From assembly GCF_018350175.1 (NCBI RefSeq), contig NC_058368.1:49353815-49417814 (forward strand): a stretch of DNA of 64,000 bases, in the 5' to 3' direction. Made by a program: the position numbers and the translations under genes. A model generated the notes under the pieces. That model did no database searches. It was not told the DNA's origin and saw only the letters and a list, made by a program, of their open reading frames with translations. Source of the stretch: Felis catus. Lineage: Eukaryota. Shown in pieces: positions 46,128 to 58,069 of the stretch (its first letter is position 1; each line of letters opens with the position of its first letter).

Positions 46128-47180
46128 TGTAACCCAAAACATTTCTTCTGTAGGTCCCTGTCAAACATTTTTGAAAATATTCCTAAATAAATCCTACATA
46201 TGCATTCTATAAGACATATAGAAAAATTAAAATCATAAAGTATCTTCTCCAACCACAATGGAATGCCATTAGAAATAAAAGATATTTTATAAATTAACAG
46301 ATGTGGAACTAAAACCACATACCCCCTAATTATCTAATGGGTCAAAAGAAGAAATCACAGGGAAATTTAACAATCCTTTGAAATAAATGAAAACTAAGAT
46401 ACATTGCACCAAAACTTATGGGATACAGTAAAAGAAAAAAAATCAACTGTAGAAGACATGGGAATACTTCCTAACTCTTTACATGAGACCATCATTACCT
46501 GATACTGAACCAAATCAAGACATCACAAGAAAACAAAATTACATACCTATATTCCCATTGAGTATAGGCAAAATCCTCAACAAAATGCTAGAAAAAAAAT
46601 CCAGCAGCATGTAAAGAATATTCACCATGACCAAGTAGGATTTATCCCAGGAATGCTAGGTTGGTTTAAAATTAACATAATAAAGCATATTAATAGAATA
46701 AAGATTTTAAAGTGTGATTTATAGAAAAAAAAAACATTTGGCAAAATATAACATACTTTAATGTCAGACTAATAGAAAGGAACTTCTTCCACCTGATAAA
46801 GATTAAAAAAAAGAGAGAGAGATACAGAGAACCTAATACTTAATAGTTAAAGATTGAAATTATTATTGATAGTATTGAATTATTATTGAATTAAGATTGA
46901 ATTATTATTGACACAATAATGCCTACTTTAGCCACTTGTATTCAGCATTGCACTAGAGGTTCTGGTCAGGGCAATTAGGCGAAAGGGAAGAAAGACACCC
47001 TGATTGGAAAGGAGGAAAAATGTATCTACTTGCAGTTGACTTGATTTATAAATAGATAACTCCAATTTATCTATTTATAAATAGATAAATCCACAAAAAC
47101 ACTAATACATTAGAGCAAATGAAAAAGTTCAGTAAGGTTGCAGGGAAAAGATTTAAAAAATATATAGTGATATGTGTATA

Positions 47181-47392
47181 TTAAAGCTTATTTATTTTCA
47201 GACAGGGAGGGAGAGAAAGAGAGGGAGAGAGAGAATATGAATAAATGAGAATGAGCAGAGGAGGGACAGAGAGAGATGGAAAGAGAGAATCCCAAGCAGG
47301 CTCCCAGGGTTCCATCCCATGAACTGTGAGATCATGGCCTGAGCTAAAATCAAGACTCGGATGCTTAACCAAATGAGCCGCTCAGGCACCCC
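47181..47392 (-). mobile_element. Can-SINE
   Basis: GAATCCCAAGCAGGCTCC...GAGATCATGGCCTGAGCTAAAATCAAG...CAGGCACCCC. Confidence 0.92.
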
Positions 47393-47912
47393 AATATATT
47401 TCCTTATATTATCAATGAATGACCTCCCAAAAATATCATTTATAACAGTATCAAAGCAATAATAAAGGATCAGTTTAACAAAAGTACTACAAGACATACA
47501 CACTGAAAACTGCAAAATATTGTTTAAACAAATTAAGACAAAATAAATGGAAAGACATCTCATGTTCATGAATGGGAAGATTAATATTGCAGTGATTGCA
47601 GCGTTCCATGAATTGATCCACAGATTCAATGTGATATGTTTCAAAATTACAACCATCTTTTTATATGAACTGATCCTAAAATTCATGTGACATTTCAAGG
47701 GAACAAGAATAGGATACAAAGATAGTCCTAATGATCTTTTAAAAAGGAGAACAAAGTCAAATGACTCATACTCTTTATATTGTAGCTACTGCAAAACTAT
47801 AGTAGTCAAGATAATATGGGACTTGCATAGAATCAAAGGGTTATAATTAGGATCCAAAAATAAATCCATCCAGTTATGGTCAGTTGATTTTGCGAAGGGT
47901 GCTAAGACCATT

Positions 47913-48369
47913 TGTATTTGTTTCCCATTGCTGCTGTAACAGATTACCACACACTGAGTAATTTAAAGTAACAGATTTATTCTGTCATAGTTTGGGTGGC
48001 CAGAAATTCAAAATCAAGGTGTCAACAGGGTCTCACTCCCTCTGGATGCTCTCAAGTAAAATATATTCTTTGAATCTTCCAGTTTCTAGTGGCTGCTGGT
48101 TTTGTTGGTTTATGGCCATACCACTTCAATCTCTGCCATCATCTTCACACTGCCTCCTCCTCTGTGTGTCTGTCTTCTTTTCTTCTTATAAAGATACTGA
48201 TCATTGAATATGAGACCCACCTTGATAATAATCCAGGATAATTTCATTTCAAGATCCTTAATTTAATAGCTCATCAGAGATCCTTTTTCTAATTAAGACA
48301 CATTCCCTGGTTCTAAGATTAGGACATTGATTTTTTTGGGGGAGGGGGGTTCCCATTCAACCCACCACA
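47913..48369 (-). mobile_element. MaLR solo LTR (MLT1C/D-like)
   Basis: TGTATTTGTTTCCCATTGCTGCTGTAAC...TTCAACCCACCACA. TSD CCATT/CTATT at 47908-47912 and 48370-48374. Confidence 0.9.
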
Positions 48370-50510
48370 CTATTCAATGGTGGAAAGAATGGTCTTTTCA
48401 ACAAATGGTGCTGAGAATACTGCATACCTACATGTAAAAGAACTGATTTGTCCCCCTACCTCATACCATATACAAATTGCTAAGTCAAAATAGATCAAAG
48501 CCCTAAATTTAAGCGCTAAAACTATAAAACTCCAGAAGGAAACAGAAGGATACATCTTTGTAATGTTGAAGTAGGTAACAATTTCTTAGATAAGAGGTCA
48601 AAAGCAACCAAAAAAAAAAATTGGACTCCTTCAAAGCTAAAAATGTCTGTGTATCAAAGGATTCTATCAAGAAAGTGAAAAGACAATACACAGAATGGGA
48701 TTTATTTATAAATGATGTATCTGACAAGGGACTAGTATCCACCATACATAATGAGCATTTATAATCCACTATCAAAAAGACAACAACCCAATTTTAAAAT
48801 GGGCAAAGTATTTGAATAGACATTTCTTCAAAGCAGACGCACAGATGGCCAAAAACACATCAACAGATAGTCACCATCACCAGTCATTAGGCAAGTACAA
48901 ATAAAAACCAAGACACCCCTTCACAAGCTCTAGGTTGGCTGTAATTTTTTAAAAATTAAAAACAGGCATTGGCAAGGATGTCAAAAAACTGGAACCTTCA
49001 TACATTGCTGATGAGATAGAAAATCATGCAGTCACCTTGTAAAGTGGTTTTCCAGTTCCTCAAAAAGTTAGAGAGTTGTCATAGAACCTATCAATTCTAC
49101 TCCTAGATACATACCTAGGAGGATTCAAAGTGTATGCGCACACAAAAACTTACTTATGAATGTTTATAAAAGCATTATTCATCATAGCCAAAAAGTTAAT
49201 ACAACCCAAATATCTGTCAACTGATGAATAGATTAAGACATGTATTGGTATTCATTGCGTGAATAATATTCCATAAAATAGAATATTACTCAGCCATAGG
49301 AAATGAAGTACTGATCCATGCTACAATGTGGCTGAACTTTGAAAATATCATGGTTAGTTTTTCCATTGAATATGAGGTAGAATAGGGGGACCCTAGGCTT
49401 GCCTCATCCCATGAATGTAACTAGATAACTATCAAATCAAACTAAATACTCCTGATGACAGGCGTATCTGAAGACCAATTTGAAGACTGGCAGAACAAAC
49501 TCTACAACTAAAGGCAGAGAAGAGGCCACATCAAAGAAGGTAGGAAGCTTGGAGACATGGCTTGGGAAAGAAATGGATGGTGGCTGCTATGGTAGGGAGG
49601 GAGCCACCGTGGTAAAAAGAATAAGAGACAGATAAGCATACAGAAGAGACCATGTGGAAAGATGAATCCCCGTAAGTATGGGCTTAGAAAGAAATAGCCC
49701 AAATTTTTTGAGTTCTTGTAACCAGCAAGGCTTTAAGCCTGGAGTTTTAAAGGTCCGAATGCTTGGTTCTAGGAGAACTCAAAGGACATTGGGGCTACAC
49801 TTGGAGAAAAGGCAGGGCAAATAGCCAGCAGACTTACAGCATGGAAATAGGAATCTGAAGAACACCTGGGGCACAAAGTAGAAAGGTTAGCTGTTCATCA
49901 CAGAATGTATCCCAGAAAGCAGCATTCATGGAAAGACCTTTCTGGGAACAAAGGAACCGGCAGCATAAACACATAGCCACCTGCATAAACCAGCACAGTG
50001 CCCAGAATGGCTATCTAACTTGCTTACACTAAGACCCCCCGACCCACGCTCTGGAAGAACTGCCCTTCCCTATCACACTTGCTTCAGTCCCAGCACAGAG
50101 GGCCTCTTCCCCAAGAAGATCAGCTCACCAACACCACACTTCCCTACCCAGGAGTTTTGCAAGGCCTTGGTTCTGCTGGTGGTGGCAACAAGTCTCATTT
50201 CACACGCAGACTAGAACACACACCTAGTTAAAACTCAACACATTCACTCCAAGGATCAAATATTGCCCACAAAAGGCAAAGAGAACTTCTGCAGATGACT
50301 GGCCTGATGGATAAAGTGGATAAGACACAACAGCAGAACATATGTTCTCCAACATATTGGAGACATTTCTAGAAGTACCCGTCCCTGGAGAACAGGGGAC
50401 ACTACATTTCAAGGCACTATAGGAAATCTTCATAAAGCCTTTACCCTCAAGAACAAGAGATATAGCTAACTTTCATAACACACAGAAACAGGCACAGAGA
50501 CTTAGACAAA

Positions 50511-51390
50511 ATGAGAAGGCAGAGGAATCTGTCCCAAATGAAAGAACAGGACAAAGCCGTGGCAGGAGATGTAAGCTAAACAAATAAAATTAACATGCTT
50601 GATGAAAAATTTAAGACAATGATCAAAAGGATACTCATTGGAGTTGAGAAAAGAATGGAGGAGATCAGTGAGAGAATTAATACAGAGATAAAGAAGATAG
50701 CACAGATACAGGTCTCAAACAAAATGAGAAACATGCTTGATGGAATGAACAGCTGGCTAGAAGAAGCAAAGGAACAAATTAACGACCTAAAAAAGGGAGT
50801 AATGGAAAGTAATCAAACTGAACAAACGAGAAAAAAGAATTTTGCAAAAAGAGAATAGACTTAGGGAATTTGGTAACTCTATCAAACGTAATAACATTAA
50901 CTTATAGAAGTCCCAGAGGAAGAAAAGAGAGAAAAGGGGGCAGAGAATGTTATTTGAAGAAATAGCTGAAAACTTCCCTAAACTTGGGAAGAAAACAGAT
51001 ATCCAAATCCAACAGGCACAGATAAACCCCAACAAGATCAACAAAAAAAGATCCACACCAAGACACACCATAAATGGCAAAATATAATGATAAAGAAAAA
51101 TATTAAAGCAGCAAGACAAAAGACAGTTACATACAAAGGAAACCCTGCAGAGGTTACAACAAATTTTTCAGCAAAAGCTTCCCATTCCAGAAAGGAGTAG
51201 CATGACATATTCAAAATAATAAATGGGAAAAACCTGTAGCCAAGAATACTCAATCCAGATAGTCTATCATTCAGAATAGGAGAGATAAAGAGTTTCCCCA
51301 AACAAAAACTAGAGGAATTTATAACCACTAAAGCAGCCCTACAAGAAATATGAAAGGATTCTTTGGGTGAAAAGGAAAGACCAAAAATGC
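50511..51390 (+). pseudogene. Disrupted L1 ORF1p
   Basis: Starts MRRQRNLSQMKEQD, with a coiled-coil fragment in ORF 50595-50858 (FKTMIKRIL...MNSWLEEAKEQINDL) and an EIAENFPKL motif at ~50958. Multiple stops. Confidence 0.85.
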
Positions 51391-51783
51391 CAGCATGAAG
51401 ATAGGAAACACAAAAGCAGTAAAAATGAATATTTCTGGAAAAAAAATCAGTAAAGGAACTTACAATATAAAAGGACACAAAATATGACACCATATATCCA
51501 AAATGTGGGGAGAAGAGTAAAGAATGGGTTCAAACTTAAATGACTATCAGCTTAGTACAGATTGCTATATGCAGAAGACATTATATATAAACCTAATGGT
51601 AACCACAAGTCAAAAACCACTAATAAATATGCAAAAAAAGTCAAAGAAATCCAAATATGTCACTAAAGAAAACCAACAAATCACGAAAGAAAGAATCAAA
51701 GAAAATCTTCAGAAATAACAATAAAATAACAGAATGGCAATAAATACATATTATCAATAATTACTTTAAATGTAAATGGGCTA

Positions 51784-51977
51784 GGGCACCTGGATGGCTC
51801 AGCCTGTTGAGCACCCAACTTCAGCTCAAGTCATGACCTCATGTTTTATGAGTTCAAGTCCTGCATCAGGCTCATTGCTGTCAGCACAGTCTGCTTTGGA
51901 TCCTCTGCTCCCATCTCTCTCTGCCCCTCCCCTCCTCATGTTCTCTCACTTTCAAAAATAAATAAAACATTTTTTAA
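51784..51977 (+). mobile_element. Can-SINE inside L1 ORF2
   Basis: TSD AAATGTAAATGG(G/A)CTA at 51768-51783 and 51978-51993. Confidence 0.95.
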
Positions 51978-53444
51978 AAATGTAAATGGACTAAGCACTC
52001 TAATCAAGAGACATAGTGTGATGGAATGGATTTAAAAAAATGATTCATCTATATGCTGCTGGTAAGAGACTCATTTTCAACCTAAAGACACCTGCAGATT
52101 TAAAGTTAGGAGATGGAGAAACATTTCTCATGCAAACAGATGTCAAAAGAAAGCTAGAGTAGCAACACTATCAGACAAAATAAACTTTAAAACAAAGAGA
52201 CAAAGAAAGACACTATATAATAATCAAGGGTACAATCCAACAAGAACATAACTGTAAATATTTATGCATCCAAATATATAAAACTGTTAATAACAAAGAT
52301 TAGTCTCTAAATGACGATAATACATTAATAGTAAGGGACTTTAGCACCCCACTTACATCAATGGACAGATCACCTAAACAAACAAACAAAAAAATCAATA
52401 ATAATGGCTTCGAATGACACAATGGACCAGATGAATTTAATGTATATTCAGAACATTCCATCCTAAGACAGCAAAACACATTCTTTTCAAGTGCACATGA
52501 AACACTGCCCAGAATAGATTATGTTAGGCCACAAAACACACCTCAACAAATTCAAGATCTAAGTCAAACCATGCATCTTTCTCAACAAAATGCTATGAAA
52601 CTAGAAATCAACTACAAGAAAAAATCTGGGAAGAGCACACATACGTGGTAATTAAATAACATGCTACTAAATAATGAATGCGTCAATGAGGAAATAAAAA
52701 AAATACAGTACATGGAAACAAATGAAAGTGAAAACAATGGTTCAGAATCTTTGGGATGCAGCAAAAATTGTTCTAAGAGGGAAATATATAGTAATACAGG
52801 TCTACCTCAAAAAGCAAGAAAAATCTCAAAAACCCTAACCTTGCACCTAAAGGATCTAGAAAAAGAACAATAAAAACCTAAAGCCAAAGATTAGAGCAAA
52901 AGTGAATGACCTAGAAACTAAAAATAAATAATAAATAAATAAACAAACAAACAGATTGATGAAATAACAAACTATTTCTTTAAAAAAATTACTAAAATTG
53001 ATCAACTTCTGGCCAAATTCATCAATAAGACAAAGGACTTAAATAAAATCACAAATGAAGAGAAATAACAACCAACACCACCACAGAAACGCAATTCCAA
53101 CAAAATATTATGGAAAACTCTATACAAAAAAATTGGACTATCTGCAATAGATAAATTCCTAGAAACAAACTACCAACTGAAAAAGGAAGAAATAGAAAAC
53201 CTGAACAGACTGATAACCAGTAAAGAAATTGAATCAGTAATCAAAAAACTTCCAACAAACAAAAGTCTTGTTTGGAGTTTTGACCAGATGGCTTAACAGG
53301 TGATTCTACCAAACAATTAAAGAAGAGTTGATAGCTATTCTTCTCAAACTATTTCCCCAAAAAAATAGGAAAGGAAGGAAAACTTCCAAATTCATTCTAT
53401 GAGGCCAATGTTACCCTGATGCCAAAACTAGATAAAGACACCAC

Positions 53445-53503
<59 letters not shown>

Positions 53504-55396
53504 CACAGGCCAGTATCTGTGATGAACATACATGCAAAAATCCTCAACAAAATGTTAGCAAACTGAATCTAACACCACATTTAAAGCATCCTTCACTACA
53601 ATCAAGTGGGATTTAACCCTGGGATCAAGTGTGGTTCAATATTCACAAATCAGCATGATACATAACATCAATAAGACAAAGGGTAGGTTTCATAGATGGA
53701 GAAAGAACATTTAACAAAATACAACATCCATTCATGATAAAAAAAAAAAAAAAACCCTCATGAGTAGGTTTAGAGGGAACATACCTCAACATAATAAAGG
53801 CCATATATGAAAAACCCAGAGCTAATATCATCCCCAATGGGGAAAACTTTCCCCATAGGGGAAGAGCCTTTCCCCTAAGGTCAAGAACAAGACAACGATG
53901 TCCACTCATCACTTTTATTCAACATAGTACTGGAAGTCCTACCTGCAGAAATCAAACAAAGAAAAGAAATAAAAGGCATCCAAATTGGTAGGGAAGAAGT
54001 CAAACTTTCACTACTTCACATGATACTATATACAGAAATTCTGAAAGACTCCACAAAAAAACCTACTAGAACTGATAAATTAAGTCACAGGATACAGAAC
54101 CAATGTAAAGAAACCTGTTGCATTTCTATACACTAATAACGAAGTAGCATAAAGAGAAATTAAGAAAACAATCCTATTTACAACTGCACCCAAAATAATA
54201 ATAATACTTAGGAATAAACCTAGGAGGTGAAATACCTGTACTATGAAAACTATAAAAAACTGATGAAAGAAATTAAAGATGACACAAAGAAATGGAAAGA
54301 AATCCCATGCTCATGGATTGGAAGAACAAATATTGTTAAAAGGTCTTTACTACCCAAAGCAATGCATATATTTAATGCAATCTCCATCAAAATATCAACA
54401 GCATTTTTCACAAAACTAGAACAAACAATCCTAAAGTATCTAAGAATCACAAAAGACCCCAAATAGCCAAAGTAATATGGAAAAATAAATGAAAAGCTGG
54501 AGGCATCACAATTCTGGACTTCAAGTTATATTACAAAGCTGTAGTAATCAAAACGATATGGTACAGGCACAAAAATAACACATGTATCTGTGGAAGAGAA
54601 CAGAAATAAACCCATAATTATATGGTTAATTAATCTCTGACAAAAGCAGTAAAGAATATCCAATAAGAAAAATACAGTCTCTTCAACAAATGGTGTTGGG
54701 AAAACTGGACTGCAACATGCAAGAGAGTGAAACTAGACCACTTTCTTCTACCATACACAAAAATAAATTCGACATGGATTAGGGACCTAAATGTGAGATG
54801 TGAAACCATAAAAATCCTAGAAGAGAGCACAGGACAGGCAGTAATTTCTCTGACACAGGCTGTAGCAACTTTTTTTTCCAGAGATGTCCCCTGAGGCAAG
54901 GAAACCGGAAGCAAAAATAAACTACTGGGACTACATCAAAATTAGAAGCTTCTGTACAGTGAAGGAAACATTCAACAAAATTAAAAGACAACCTATGGAA
55001 GAAGATATTTATGAACGACATAACCACTAAAGAGGTAGTATCCAAAATATATAAAGAAATTATAAAACTCAACACCCAAAAGCCAAATAACTCAAGTAAA
55101 AAATGGGCAGAAGTCATGAACAGACCTTTCTTCAAAGATGACATTTGATGGCCAAGAGACACATGAAAAGATGGTCACCGTCTCTTATCAGGGAAACGCA
55201 AATCAAAACTACAATGACGTATCACCTCACACCTGTCAGAATGGCTGAAATCAACAACACAAGAAACAACAGGTTTTGGTGAGGATGTAAAGAAAGAGGA
55301 ATCCTCTTGCACTGTTGGTGGGAATGCAAACTGGTATAGTCACTATGGAAAATAGCATAGAGGTTACTCAAAAAGGGTTTTTTTTTTTAAGTTACT

Positions 55397-55606
55397 GGGG
55401 CACCCGGGTGGCTCAGTTAAGTGTCTGACTTCAGCTCAGGTCATGATATCGCAGTTCGTAAGTTTAAGCCCCACATCAGGCTCTGTGTTGACAGTTCAGA
55501 GCCCAAAGCCTGCTTCAGATCCTCTGTCCTCTGCTCTCTCTGCCCCTCCCTGACTTGTGCGTGCTCTCTTTCTCTCTCTCTCTTAAAAATAAATAAACCT
55601 TAAAAA
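55397..55606 (+). mobile_element. Can-SINE inside L1 ORF2
   Basis: Typical body. AAGTTAC lies on both flanks. Confidence 0.94.
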
Positions 55607-56059
55607 AAGTTACAATATGATCCAGAAGTCACACTACTGGGTATTTACCCAAAGAATACAAAACACTAATTCAAAAGGACACTTGCACCCCTGTGTTTAA
55701 AGCAACATTGTTTATAATAGCCAAAATAAGAAAGCAGTGCAAGTATTCACCAATTGATGAATGTATAAAGAGGTGCATATATATATGAATATATGTAAGT
55801 CAGTCAGAGAAAGACAAATTTCACGCATATGTGGAATGGGAGAAACAAAACAAATCAGAAAAGGGAAAAAGAAACAGAGACAAACCAAGAAACAGATTCC
55901 TGCTATAGAGAACAGACTGATGGTTGCCAGAGTGTGGCCTAGAGGGGGATGGGTGAAATACATGATGGAGATTAAGGAGTGCACTTGTCATGATGAGCAC
56001 CAGGTGATTGTAACAAGAACTTTAAAAAGCTTTTCTTCAGTTAAAATTATACCTATGTA

Positions 56060-56287
56060 TAAATACGAAAATTTAAAAACACAGTGGTTTCCAGGGGCTG
56101 GGGGAGGAGAAAATTAGTGCTTGTTGACAGGTAGGAGTTTCTTTTTGTGTTGATAAAAATGTTCTGGAATTAGTAATGATGGTTGCACAAACTTGGGAAT
56201 TAATGAGTGAACTGTATACTTTTAACAAGTGAATTTTATGGTATGTGCATTTCATCTCAAAAACACTAAAATAAGTTTTAAAAAAAA
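56060..56287 (+). mobile_element. L1MB-type 3'UTR
   Basis: AGTGGTTTCCAGGGGCTGGGGG...AAAATGTTCTGGAATTAGTAATGATGGTTGCACAA...GTGAATTTTATGGTATGTG. Confidence 0.85.
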
Positions 56288-57164
56288 TGAACTCAGCTAT
56301 CCACAACATGGATGAACCTTATAAAATCTTATCACTTTTAAGCCACAGAGCAAACTACAAATAAGCTTCTGCTTTTGTAAAACTTAACCATGAAAAATTC
56401 AAAAAGGGAAGTGAATATAAAAAATTAAATTTAGGAATGTCTATAGTTGGGGTAGGCCAAAAAATATGCACAACTAATGGCAATATTTTTGTTAAAGATG
56501 GAGGATGTTTGAATGTGATTGTTAATCTTGTAAGCATGCTTTTTGATGAATACATGTATTCTAGTATGCTTCAAAATATTATATAATGAAAACATTTAAG
56601 TGATTTGCAAGTTTCCCAGGTGGCTGGGAAAATTCTAGTGTTGCTACCAACAACAGAGGTGGTAAAAGCAAAAGCAGATGACCTATTATTTCATGACATG
56701 GGTCAGCCTTTACTTCTTTTAGTTAATCTGCACCACTAGCTTCCTCTAATGATTGCTTCTTAGTCACCAATCTGTTGATGCCCAGCCAGCTGAGTCAGGA
56801 GCCGGGCTTTTTATAGATCTGGAGCATTAAAAGTGAGTCATCTACTCCCTTCTGTCACAGTTCATTTCAAAATTCTCTTTCACTCCCCGTCAGTTAAAAT
56901 TAACCTGCCTATTATTTTATCTAGGCAGATATCATTGTTACTGTGCAGTATTTAATATTTAACTTAATTCCCCTTAAACTATGATGCCCCGTGATCCCCC
57001 ATTTGTTACATAAAAACAATTTATTGCTTTATAGGAAAGTTATATACTGGACTAGACCAACAACATCCTTCCTAAGATTAAGTCAATTTGGACTAAGTTC
57101 AGGTTATCGCAGTCACCTTGAAAAACAAACTCATTATAAAATCTTTTAATTGTTACTTTTGGTT

Positions 57165-57598
57165 TTTAAAGGCTTTTGTTTTTAATATTTTTTGAGAGAG
57201 AGTGTGCACAAGCAGGGGACGGGTTGAGGGAGAGACAGAACCTTAAGCAGGCTCCATGCCCAGTGCAGCCAGAGGCATGGTTCCATCTCACCACCATGAG
57301 ACCATGACCTAAGCCAAATCAAGAGTTAGATGCTTAAATGGGGCGCCTGGGTGGCGCAGTTGGTTAAGCGTCCGACTTCAGCCAGGTCACGATCTCGCGG
57401 TCCGTGAGTTTGAGCCCCGCGTCAGGCTCTGGGCTGATGGCTCAGAGCCTGGAGCCTGTTTCCGATTCTGTGTCTCCCTCTCTCTCTGCCCCTCCCCCGT
57501 TCATGCTCTGTCTCTCGCTGTCCCAAAAATAAATAAACGTTGAAAAAAAAAAATTTAAAGAGTTAGATGCTTAACTAACTGAGCTACCCAGGCACCCC
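57165..57598 (-). mobile_element. Older Can-SINE split by an antisense young SINE
   Basis: Body at 57165-57337, with the head remainder at 57575-57598 (CTAACTGAGCTACCCAGGCACCCC). Confidence 0.92.
57340..57557 (+). mobile_element. Young felid SINE (SINEC_Fc-like), nested
   Basis: Perfect TSD AAGAGTTAGATGCTTAA at 57321-57337 and 57558-57574. Confidence 0.97.
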
Positions 57599-57722
57599 CA
57601 TTTTTAATTCTTAAGCTTCTTTTTATAAGGAATGCCACACAGAAAAAGAGGCTGCAATAACTCTTCAGGTTATGAAGCAGGGTTTGGTTAGGGAGGAGGC
57701 AAAACAAATTGAAAAGAGGTCA

Positions 57723-57981
57723 GGGGCACCTGGATTCAGTCGGTTCGGCATCCAGCTCTTGATTTTGGCTCAGGTCATGATCTCACTGTTCGCAGTATCA
57801 AGCCCTGTGCTCAGGTCATGATCTCATGGTTCACGGGATAAAGCCCCATGCTTGGGATTCTCTCTCTCCCTCTCTCTATGCCCCTGCTCTCTCTGTCTCT
57901 CCCTCAAAATAAATTATATGTATAAATATATGTACACATATACATATATGTATGTATATACATACATATAATTTTTTTAAA
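57723..57981 (+). mobile_element. Can-SINE with an internal 41-bp duplication and a (TA/CA)n tail
   Basis: TSD GAAAAGAGGTCA at 57711-57722 and 57982-57993. Confidence 0.93.
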
Positions 57982-58069
57982 GAAAAGAGGTCAGAAATGA
58001 ATTTATGAATTCCCAGCCTTGGGATCAAGTATCAGATATAGAAAATTACACAAAGATGAGACTTGGGCT

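Larger units (their letters stand above)
46140..49357 (+). mobile_element. L1MB-type ORF2 remnant with internal deletions; its probable 3'UTR resumes at ~56060-56287
   Basis: Collinear ORF2 motifs (CCACAATGGAAT...AAAACTTATGGGATACAG, GGATTTATCCCAGGAATGC, TCTTTTCAACAAATGGTGCTG, GAAGTACTGATCCATGCTACAA). Confidence 0.85.
51734..55770 (+). pseudogene. Disrupted L1 ORF2p (endonuclease/reverse transcriptase)
   Basis: IITLNVNGL endonuclease motif and ORF 54227-54466 ([32 protein letters not shown]). Contains two SINE insertions, (GA)n at ~53448-53500 and many frameshifts. Confidence 0.88.
49370..56010 (+). mobile_element. Near full-length, inactive carnivore L1 (5'UTR, ORF1, ORF2, most of 3'UTR)
   Basis: A ~1.1-kb 5'UTR, ORF1 from ATG 50511, ORF2 from ATG 51734, and a carnivore-type 3'UTR (GGAGTGCACTTGTCATGATGAGCACCAGGTGAT). 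Many stops and frameshifts. Confidence 0.92.
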
